Shown here in pieces: positions 48,396 through 58,608 of a stretch of 64,000 nucleotides of DNA. Position 1 is the stretch's first letter; the number at the start of each line of letters is the position of its first letter. The notes under the pieces are model-generated. The model searched no databases. It was given only the letters and a program-made list of their open reading frames with translations, and was not told the origin of the DNA. The stretch comes from Lama guanicoe (lineage: Eukaryota). The position numbers and the translations under genes are program-made. Location of the stretch: contig MU056898.1 of assembly GCA_013239625.1 (NCBI GenBank), positions 1,145,717 through 1,209,716 of the forward strand. Direction: 5' to 3'.

Positions 48396-50404
48396 TCTTA
48401 ACGGTTTTGTTTGGCTACTTCTGTTACCACCCAGAGACCTGGCGGGAGCCCAGCGCCTGTGTCGGTGGTGAGAGTGGTCGGTGGGCCCCAGGCGGCTGGG
48501 CGAAGGCCCCATTCCTGACAGCCCTCCTCCGGAATGGCCGGCACCGCCCCAGGACACAGCCTGCAGGCCACCTGTCTGTCCGGGGCCCACGCGGTGCCCC
48601 CCTCGCCCTGCTGTGTTGTCTGGCACCAGGTTGGAGCTGGCAGAGGCAGTCGCCTGGAGGGCGGCGTGAGGAGGGCCCTCCCGTAGGTGCGGGCCTGGCA
48701 GGCGCTGCTCCCCAAGACTCCATCCTTCCTGGAGCTGCCTGGAGGGCCCCCCACTCATGCTGCTGGTTCAGTGACCACGAAGCTCAGGAGTGCCCCTCCT
48801 CAAGACCAGCCCCGTGGCAGCTGCAGTGCCCGGTCCCTCCAGGCCCAGGCCCACCATGAGCACACACGGCCTTCCAGGCCCCTCCTAGACCCCGACAGCC
48901 CGTAGGGAGGGGCGGGCCACACACGCGTGTGTGTTAGTGAGGTACCTCGGCCCAGGGGAGTGCCGGGTGCCCAGCTCTGAAAGAAGCCTCCGCAGCGCGG
49001 ATGAGGGGAGACGGAGGGGCGGGGCCGGGGGGTCAGCCCATGTGGCCACCGGCCCACTTGGTGGCCCGGGCAGGAGGCTTGTGGGCAGGGACCTGTTTCC
49101 CTCTGTGGGGAACCCTGGCCCGGCCTCCTCCCCAGTCCTCCTGCCTCTGGCCCTGGGCCGCTCCTCTCTTCGCCTCCCGCGTGGCCGGCCCAGGGCAGCC
49201 TCGTGGGCCTCAGTTCCTCAGCCTCTGAGTGAGGAGGTGGGCCAGCTGCTCGGGGTGCCAGTGGTCTATGGGGTCCGGCCTGTCTGTGCTGCCCTGTGAG
49301 CTCTCCACCTGCAGCCAGCGCTCTGTCCCCGGGACCGGGCCGCCCTGTGCCTGAGGCTGCAGAGCCCAGAGCAACCCTGGAGCCCCCACCAAGCGCCCAG
49401 AGAAAGGGAGTCAGCCCGTGAGGGGCGTAGGCTGGAGGCCAGGGCCTGAGGGACCTGCCCAAAGTCGAGATCACGGAGCTCTTGGGTGGCAGGGGCCCCG
49501 GCCCTGGGCCCGCGTGGAGGTGGGCCTGCAGCTCCTGGTGGGCGGGGCCGGGGGGCTGCGCTCCATGTCTGGGAGGCCCGCAGCCACCCCGGGCTCCCCG
49601 CTCTTCTCCCCGAGCTGTGCTCCCTTCAGCCAGGAGAGAGATTGATTTAGCTTTGAGGCCGGGTGATTTATAAATATGCATGAGGACCGGTGGTTATTTA
49701 ACTGTGCTTTTTAATTCTCCTCGCGTCTCCGCTTCCTTCCAGCGGGGTCTCTTAGTATGCGCGGCAGGCCCTCTCCCCTCCCCAGGCGGCAGCCTTTCCC
49801 CAGCCGGGGGCGGCCGCGGCCATCCACGGGCCCCCGGGGCTCCCGGGGCCTGACCTCAGCACGGTGTCCAGCGCACTAGGCTTCGCAGTCCCTGACGGGT
49901 CGAGCTCACACCCTGGCTCTTGCGCAGAGCGGGGCTGAGGCCCCGGGCTGCCAGCAGGCTGAGGCAGCTGCTGCAGGGCTCAGGACATGGTGCTGGCCCT
50001 GGATGCAGGGGGATGTGGCCGTTCGCCTGAGCCTGCGTGCAATCTGAGCGAAGGAAGGAAATGCATCCATGGAGCAGAGGGAGGCAGGCAGCATGGGCCC
50101 CGGGAGCAGCTGTCCCCTCGGGCCCCTGGCCTGGGCATGCTGGTCACTGGATGAGCCCCCAGCCTCCTCCGGACTTGAGACTCCCTCCTGTCTCCACAGA
50201 GACCCGTGGTGACACCCCCCCGAGGAACCTGGCCCTGCCGGATCAGGTGCAGGGAGAGCAGGGCTGCAGGCTCTGATGGCCCCTGGCCCCCGTGTCCCTC
50301 TGCAGCCCGGCCTGCGCCCGCCGCGCTCACCGGCGGGGACAGCTCTCCGCTCCCCCAGCAAGTGGGGTGTTTTTGTTTAGCCAGCAATTGCACCAGTGCA
50401 TCAA

Positions 50405-50537
50405 NNNNNNNNNNNNNNNNNNNNNNNNNNNNNNNNNNNNNNNNNNNNNNNNNNNNNNNNNNNNNNNNNNNNNNNNNNNNNNNNNNNNNNNNNNNNNNNN
50501 NNNNNNNNNNNNNNNNNNNNNNNNNNNNNNNNNNNNN
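50405..50537. other. Assembly gap (133 N)
   Basis: Run of N. Confidence 0.99.
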
Positions 50538-52299
50538 ATCGGCAGCAGATCTCAGCAGATTTGTTCGCGCTCTCCCATCTGCTTTAGTAGCGCCAGCCCC
50601 CCGCCACGCTCACTCGGTGCCGCAGACCCCCTGGGCCCTCTGCTGTGTGCTCGGAGTGGCCGGCCAGCACCCTTTCCCCTGCGACTGGGCCCAAAGCCAA
50701 GCCCAGAGCCAAGTGTGCGGGAGGCCGCCAGCCAGCCTGGGCCTGACACCCCCTGGTTCTCGCCCCAGTTGGGCCTCTGGTGTCGCAGCCACAGGACAGC
50801 GTTAGTAATCATCCCGTGTTGCTTCTGCAGACGTCTGCCTGACATGCCCCGTGCACCACCCTGTCCTGGGCAGGTGAGCAGTTACAGACGACTGGCCAGG
50901 TCATGAGGTGACAGACGCTGGATGAACGGCAAGGAGGAGGCCCGTGGGGGCTGTGCTGTTACTGCTGCCACGTCACCACTGGCACCTCTGAGCAGGGTGA
51001 CAGGGTGCACGCTGTGGGCCAGGCCCTGCTTCCCCTCACTAGCCCGGGATGCGATGGAGCCCTGCCCTCACGGGGCCCCCGCCTGGCTGGCGGTAGGCAC
51101 CTGTGTCTCCCTCCTCTCCCGGGGCCGTGCTGCCTGTGTGGAGGGAAGGAAGGAGGGAGGGAGGAAGGAACGGTCTCCTTGCTCTGCAAGGGGTGGTGCA
51201 GAGAGCAGAACCCTGGGTGGGCTCCCACGCCACCCGGCCACGTGGCCTTGTCAGCTGCCTGACCCGTGGCAGCTTCACGGGTCCCCCATGTGGGGGAGGA
51301 TGGGGTCTGGGTAGCATCCTTGGGTCCCAAGGGGCCCGTGTCCAACCCAGCTGGGCCGTGGGGCTGTCCACTCCAACACTGGACCTGTGGTGAGCACTGC
51401 TCCTCCGTCCAGGCACAGTCAGACTCCTGGGGGACCGGCCAGCCTCATTCCCCCTCGTCTGGCCAGAATGACTCTTCAGTCCCGACTTCTGAGCACAGTG
51501 TGAAAGGTTCCAGATGGCGGGGCCTGTGGCGAAGCACAGCCTCTTGGGGCTTTCACAGCCTCGTCTAGGGCCCCTGGGCCGCCCCCACCCCCAGCATCGT
51601 CCTGCTCGGACTGCCCAGTGGCCACCCAGCGGGTGCCCCTGCAGGCCCCTCCTGGACGTCCAGTGTGGTCTGGACTCGAGTGGCTCCTGAGTGCCGAGGA
51701 CCTGGGGGGCACAGGCCTGAGTTGGGTGGGCTGCCCGGGCTCCTGCTGGGCGTTTTAGGGAAGGCAGCCGGTCAGAGCCAGATGCCAAGACTTGCCCTCA
51801 GTCTGGGGTCTTGGCAGCGAGTGGTGGCAGGTCCAGGTGGCAGTGGGGCCTGGAGTGGGTGAGAGTCCCGGCCATGCGGGAGGGAGATGGGAAGCCCAGA
51901 TGCCGGACAGTGGTTTGATAGCAGAGGCCAGAAAGCCAGGATGGGCCAGGCCAGGGAGTGGCCCCCGAGGTGGATCGTGACCCGACCTCCTCGTGTCGCA
52001 GGAGCTGTGGGGTGAGGAGACCGCGGGCAGGGCCGGGCTGCACCCCGGAGGTCCACGCGATGGCGGTGGTCAGGGCCCAGGCTTCCCTGGTGGGCTTGGC
52101 TGGAGCTGCACCCGCAGGCCCGTGTCCCGAGGCCCGGCCACGCCGAGCACACACTCCCTGCTGAGCCCCGGGCTCCCGGCCCTTCTCTGCCTCCAGGGCT
52201 GAGACAGTGGTGGCGTCAGGAGGCGCGGCTGGGCGCCAGCTCCAGCAGCAGATGGAGTGTCCACACATCCTTCTGTTTGTTTTCCCTTTTCTCCTTTCG

Positions 52300-53930
52300 T
52301 TTCTCTTTTTAAAAACAGCTCTATTGAGACTCGATTTACATATCGTAGAACTCAGCCATTTGAAGCGCGCGATTCAGTGGGTTTCAGCGCCTTGACAGAT
52401 AGTGAGCAGCATCACCACACGATTGTGGACCGGGTTTATCCTCTCCAAAGGAGCCCCACACCCCTCAGCTGTCACCCCACTGCCCCCCACCCTGACTCCA
52501 GCCTGAAGCAACCGCTGAGCTGCCTCCTGTGTCTGGGGATTTCCATGCTGGACGTTTCACGTGAATGGAGCCGTGCAGCGCGTGGTCTGTCGTGGTGCTG
52601 CTTCACTGAGCGTCGTGCTTCCGAGATCGTCGACGCTGTGGCGAGTGTCGGTGCGTCTCTCCTTCTCGTGGCCGGACGGTGCTCCTCGGGTGCCTGGGCC
52701 ACGCTGTTCCTGCGTGTGTCAGTTCCGGGACATCCGTGTGCAGGTCTCTGTGTGGGCGTGTGTTCCCCTGCTCTTGGGTTCGCCTGGGCGTTGAGTTGCT
52801 GGGACACAGGGTAAGTCTGTGCAGCTGTTTGCGGAAGCGTTTCCCGCGGAGGCCGCGCCGCTTGCGTCCCCCCAGCGGCCTAGGAGGTCCGCCTTCCCCC
52901 TCCTCGCCGACACGGGCCCGACTCCTTCCTGGCAGCCGCCCCGGTGGGTGTGAAGGGATGCCTCTGGTCTGATTTCCGTTTCCCTGTCGCTGACGCCCTC
53001 GCCGTCGAGCAGCTTTGTGTGCTTTGGCCGTTTGTCCACCTTCCTTAGAGAAAGACGAGTTCAGACCCTTTGCCCTCTTAAAGTAGGTCGTTCCCAGCGT
53101 CGCCGCTGCTGCCGAGAGTGAGAGCCCGCTCTTCGTGTGTTCGGGCTGCGAGTCCCTCGGCGGGTGCGTGGTCTGCGAGCCCTTCCTCCCGTGCCGGGCT
53201 CTCTCTTCCCCTCTTGGTGGTGTGCTTCGGGGCAGAGGCTTTTCGTTTTGATACGTCCAGTCTGCCTCCTTTTCCTTCTGTTCCTGGTTCTCACTATCTC
53301 GTCGAAGACCCCAAGGCCACGTCAGGCGCCATGAAGCCTCACGCCGTGCTCTCTCCTGAGTGCTTTGTGCCGTTGGCGCTTTTGTTTAGGTCTTTAATCC
53401 ATTCCGAGTTCATTTTTGTGTACGGTGTGAGTGAGAACCCAGCGTGACACTTTTGCACGTGGGTGTCCAGCTGCCCCAGCAGAGTTCGAGGCTCTCTTTC
53501 CTACTGAGCCACCTTGGCGCCCCCGAGAGCGTCAGTTGACCTTGGGCGCAGGGGTCTCTTCCAGACTCTCAGGTCTGCTCCCGCGGGGCTGTGACTGTCC
53601 TTGTGCCGGCACTGCTCTGTCTTGGCCACCGTCACCTTGTAGGAAGTTTGAAGGTCAAGGTGTGAGTTCCCCCCACTGCCCTCCGTCCTCAGCAGTATCC
53701 TGGCTGCTCCAGGCCCTGGATTCCGCATGAATGCTAGAGCCAGCCAGACGGTTCCCGGGAGGGGGCTGGCGGGGACCCTGCTGGGCGTGGCGTTGGGTGT
53801 GGAGATCAGTCGGAGGGGGGTGTTGTCTTCCGATCCTCGATGTGGGTGCTGTTCTGTTTGCTTAGACCCTCCTGAATTTCCTTCAGTGACGTCACGTTGC
53901 CTTTGTTTGCAAGTGTGCTCCGCTTGGCCC
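52300..53930 (-). mobile_element. LINE-1 (L1MB-like) 3' UTR and ORF2, antisense, CpG-enriched
   Basis: Starts ttttaaaaacagctctattgagactcgatttacatatcgtagaactcagccatt (L1MB 3' end). Minus ORF 53501-53992 contains DLQTSYKVTVAKTEQCRHKD (L1 ORF2 [21 protein letters not shown]). Confidence 0.85.
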
Positions 53931-56900
53931 GAGGGCGGGGACCTGGAGGGGGTGCCCGGGATGTGGGACCTTGCTGCCCCGGCCGGCGGCATGGGGGCGA
54001 GCGCCCTCCCGGAGGGCGTTTATTCTCCGATTTCTTCCTGCAGTTCTTCCACCGGAGGTCGGCCACAGGAGCCACACGCGGGATCGGCCGTCTGCTGGCT
54101 TCTGTAGGCGGAGTTTCGTGGGCGCTGCTTAGGCGTGTCTCTGGCGGCTCCCGTGCAGCAGTGCTAGATGAGCAGGAATGTGTGGCTGCAGCACTCAGTG
54201 CCCACTCAGAGCAAGATGTGGGCCAGGCCAGAGCACAGGGCAGCAGGTGGCCCCCGTCCCCCGGGACCAGCAGCCCTGCCTGTCGGCCTCCAGACCAAGC
54301 ATGGTCACGGGGCAGGGCCGGTGGTGGCAGGTCCGCACATGCTGAGCTTGGGGCTTTCTGAGTGGGTGCCTTGTCGGGGTGAGGAGGCAGGAGCCCGCAG
54401 GGGAGCCTGGGCACCCACCTGCACCCCGGGCAGTGTGGATGCTGTCAGTCCTGTGGAGACCGGCCGTAGTGGGACCCAGGGCAGGTGTCCTGTCTCTGTC
54501 ACCCAGGACGCAGTGAGAGACTCAGAGGCCAGGAGCCTGCCTCCTGCGTGGTGGGACCTGGGCCCCCTGGTGGCCCCAGTCAGGTCCTGGGGCTCCGTCT
54601 CACCCCCTGGAACCTCCTCTAGAGGTCGTGTCGGCTGCCTGCTGCCACGTGACACCCCAAAACACGGTGGCTTCTAACAGCAGGCTTCCTGTTTCTCACT
54701 GGCGTGCAGTGACGCTGCTGGTCTCTTGGGGGCCCCGTGTGGCTTCAAGCCAGCAAACGTGCTGGGCTGGAGGACCCGGCCTCCTTCCTTCATCCTGCGG
54801 GCGCTCCACCTGCAGGCTCAGCTCCCACACGCCACGTGGCCAGGAGGCAGAGCAAGGGGGCGAAAGTGACCTCTGCCTCAAGTCCCAGCAGCTCTGGGTG
54901 TGCAGATGTGACCGTGACCTTCCTGCTGCTCGTGAGCCACCTCTGGCCTCTGCCCTTCGTGCTCAGGAACGTCTCCCGGAAGCGGCCACCCTCCGTGCGG
55001 ATGGAGGGAGCGCGTTTGCCCACGGGAGCATTTCCACGCGCCCTGGGCCGGCCCTGGCGGTGGGGCTGCAGGCTGGGTGTGACGGCTGAGGCGGAAGCAG
55101 AGCAGAGCCAGGGCATCGTTGGCGGCTTTGCCTGCTGCTCGCTCTTCAGTTTGAACGTAAAGCCGGAAGAGGCTCACTGGCTCTTCCTCAGAGTGGATTC
55201 ACCACCGGCTTTGCTCGCAGGGTGTGTGACACCCCCCTGGCCCGGTTCTGCAGGGCTGGCCTCATTGGGGAGCTCCCTCGCCAAGCAGCTCCTGGAGCGG
55301 CCTGGAGACACAGCTGATGGCTGTGCTCAGCCGCCCTGAGCTCCCCGAGGGCCCCGTTGCGCAGTTCAGGCCCATGATCCCGGGCGTGGCCCCAGCCGCA
55401 CCAGTCACCTCCTCCCGCCATCGCAGCCCAGCCTTCTTGTCTCCTTGGCCTGTGTTTTTTCATCTCCGTGGTGGGGCCAGGATTCTGAGCTCTGCCTGCC
55501 GGCCCCGCTGGGCCCTTCCAGTGACACGCAGGACGGAGGGGTGAGCAGAGGCTGTCCTGTGACCGGGAGCCCTGCTGTGGCTTCCGTTTCACTTGACAAG
55601 ACCTCTCTCCACCGAGAAGCCTCGGAGACCTTCTCCCTCCTGCCTGCCTTCTTTACTAAGCACACATGCATCTCAGCCACTGCCCAGGGGCCGAGGTTTG
55701 GTCAGCACGCAGCCGCTGTGTCCATGCTGGGACGACCCCGCCCTGGTCCTCACGAGCTTCGAGCACGGCTGATGGGCTGACCGGAGGGTCCCTGCTGTGC
55801 CCCGGCTGCCCGTTTGGGATGGGCTGACCCTTCCCTCCCTGTGACCAGAGCAGCTTCACCCCGGCTGGGGGAGCGATTGTGCTGTGACAAACCCCAGGGC
55901 ACCACCCTTGCTAGATGCCTGGCGGTCCTGGCCTCCCGGTGCTGGACGCTCATTTGGGCTCAGACTTGTCATTTCTCCCAGGTCAGCAGAGCTGTGAGCA
56001 TCCCCCCACTTTGGTTTGGTTTGGTTTGGTTAAGCCCTAAGCCCTCTAACCGTCCGAAGCGTTTCCTTTCTTACATTCTCATCAAGGGGACCACGGTCCG
56101 CGAGGGAGCGGAGGCTCTGTTTCCTGCCCCTGGGCCCTGCCGTCCAGACTCCCCCCGTCTCCCCACGCCTGCTTGGCGGGAGGACCCTGAGGCCTGGTAA
56201 GGCCCGCACTTGTCCAGGGCACCCCGGTGACCTCAGGGTCAGGCTGTGCGTCCAGCTCCCTGCACGGGCCCTCCTGGGGCGTCGGCAGGTGAGTCCTGGG
56301 AGGCGGGGGGTGATACCAGTGTCAGCACAGCCAGACCCGAACCTGGAGAGCCTCTGCTCTGTGGCCCAAGAGGAGGGCAGAGGGAGGTGGCCCAGGGACG
56401 TGGTCTGTCCACCTGGTTCTGTTGTTACACGTTCAGAGGGTTGAAACCAGGTCGGATGAAAAGCAGCGTGGGGACCTGGGAGGGCGCTGTGTGGGTGGGG
56501 CTGTGTCCACGGCGCCCAGCACACTCCGTCCTCGGTCCCCCACTGGCCAACCCGTCAGAACAGAGACGGTGTGGCCGGTAGCACCTGACACGTCTGCTCT
56601 CTGGCCCTTTGCAGAGGTTGTCTGTCTGTCCTCTCCCTGCTGCCTCCTGGCCCGAGACCCAGGGTGCGAGTCTGGCACCACCCCGGGACCCCTCCAGCCC
56701 GCGGAGGCCGTGGCAGACTCAGGGTGCGTGGACTTCCCACGCCTGGTTGTGTCTCCAGACTGTTAAAGCTGGATGAAAGAACGGTGCCTTCGGCCCCAAC
56801 AGCCTGTGGTTCTCTCGAAGTTACAGGATGTCTCCTCATCCTTTGAGGTTTTACAGGGTTCTCAGAAACCCGTGAAGAGCCAGCTGCCAGCCCTCGGCCC

Positions 56901-57934
56901 TTGGCTGGGCCTGCCCGGCTCCTCCCCATCTCCCACCCTCTCTCTGCCCCGTGGGCCTCTCCACACTCCCCTCCCTCCCTCTTGGGGGCACCTTCTGGCT
57001 GTGGGCTCTGAGCTGGTGGCTGGCCGAGGGCTGGCAGGTAGTGGCCACGCCGATCTCCAGTGACGTGGAGGGACAGCGTCCCCGCAGCGTAGGCTCTTGG
57101 GCTGGGACTGCACGTGAACAGAGGTGTCCATATCCAGCCTCTCTTGGGAGGATTCGACCATCAGAGTAAAAGACGCGGTTTCCGCCGCTCCCCTGGAAGA
57201 TGGGAGAGCTGTGTGGGCTGGAGTCACCACAGTGGGCGGGTGGGTTGTCAAGGAGGGGCTCTGTGTCGGAGCTGGAAGGACCACGTACCCTCAGCTGGCT
57301 CAGCGTCCCGTGCTGGGAGGCAGGCCGGGGTCCCAGGCCAGCAGCTCAGGGGATGTTGCTCTGTCTCCCCCTCTCTCTTTCTCTCGGTGCCTGGTGGGAG
57401 GGACACATCAGGCATCCCCTGCCGGCCCTCAGACCTTCCCCTGGCGCAGGGCTCAGGCCCTGCTCAGCCCTTGACCTGCGGTGGCCCCTCCTCATCAGGG
57501 AGGCCCCAGGAGCTGGTGGACAGAGAGGCCAGGCTCTTGCTTGGATTTCCAGAGGCCTTCGACCCCACCTGTGTCCCTCCTGGCCAGGATGCAGGGCCCA
57601 GGGGTCTGGAGAAACCCGACCCCGTGCCTGCCCTCGGGAGCCACCGGCCAGACTGGGGGGAGGGGGGATCCCCCAGGGGAGCTTCCCACAGATCATGTAG
57701 ACACAGCCTCCATGCTGGCTGCCAAGCAGGGCTGCTCTCAGCAGATCCCAGAGGACAAGGGGGAAAGATGGGAACCCCCAGGCTGGTGGGAGTCCTCAGG
57801 GCCGCAGAGCTGGGCCTCAAGGTGGAAGCCAGGCCTAGAGGCACCAGATGAGGGTGTCCAGGGTTTCTGTCGTGATCACAGAAGCCTCTTCCTCTAGGCC
57901 GAGCCACGCTGACCTCCTGCCTCTGGTCCTGCAG

Positions 57935-58142
57935 GGTGACTACGACCAGAGCAGAACCAAGGTGCTGCACCTGCGCCTGAACCCGGCCCGCGCGGCCAGG
58001 CAGCAGCTCCACGAGGGCCGGCAGCAGCTGCAGGATGAGTGCGAGCGGCTGCGGGAGCTGGTCCGCGCCCTGGAGCGAGGCGGCCCTGTCCCCGCAGACC
58101 TGGAGGCCGCCGCGGGCCTGCCCTCGTCCAAGGAGGTGGCAG
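57935..58142 (+). CDS. MAD1L1: MAD1L1 internal coding exon (208 nt, phase 0/1; about human exon 17) with the MAD2-interaction motif and leucine zipper
   Basis: Encodes [69 protein letters not shown] (human [17 protein letters not shown]...[17 protein letters not shown]). Acceptor ctgacctcctgcctctggtcctgcag; donor CAG|gtaggc. Confidence 0.97.
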
Positions 58143-58440
58143 GTAGGCCCCCGCCCTTGTCCTGTCCTGTCCTGTCCATCTATCCGCCCATCCAGCCCGT
58201 CCGTGCGGCAGCCAGGCCATGGGTGGGCCTGGGACCGGTCTACCCTGGGGGATGGGCAGGCGTGTGATGTCCAGGCCTGCAGACAGCTCAGTGCGGGAGC
58301 AAGTGGCTGGAATCTCCTCCGAGCCTAAAGCAAATGAATATCATTTATCAGTGTATCTGCGTCCCATTAATCACAAGTGAACCCAGCACTCCGTGCGAGC
58401 AGGGACCATCTTTCACCGTCTAAGTACGTTTCTCGGACCC

Positions 58441-58608
58441 AGCGCACCCGCGGTGGTGGAGGCACAGTGGGTGGGTCAGTGAGCGCTCCGGCGGTGGTGG
58501 AGGCACAGTGGGTGGGTCAGTGAGCGCGCCCGCGGTGGGGGAGGCGCAGTGGGTGGGTCAGTGAGCGCGCCCGCGGTGGGGGAGGCGCAGTGGGTGGGTC
58601 AGTGAGCG
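58441..58608 (+). repeat. 41-bp G-rich VNTR, 4 copies
   Basis: Units start at 58441, 58482, 58523 and 58564; consensus agcgcNccNgcggtggKggaggcRcagtgggtgggtcagtg. Confidence 0.97.

Noticed and set aside
54645-55000. Possible second MaLR LTR, plus MIR-like pieces at ~10170, ~16650 and ~44570
   Set aside because: Similarity is too degraded to support by eye; needs RepeatMasker.
56010-56031. (TTGGT)4 and (TGTCC)4 at 58158-58177
   Set aside because: Ordinary short microsatellites with no further signal.
58441-58608. CRISPR-like array
   Set aside because: Head-to-tail repeats with no unique spacers, no cas genes, and a mammalian intron context.
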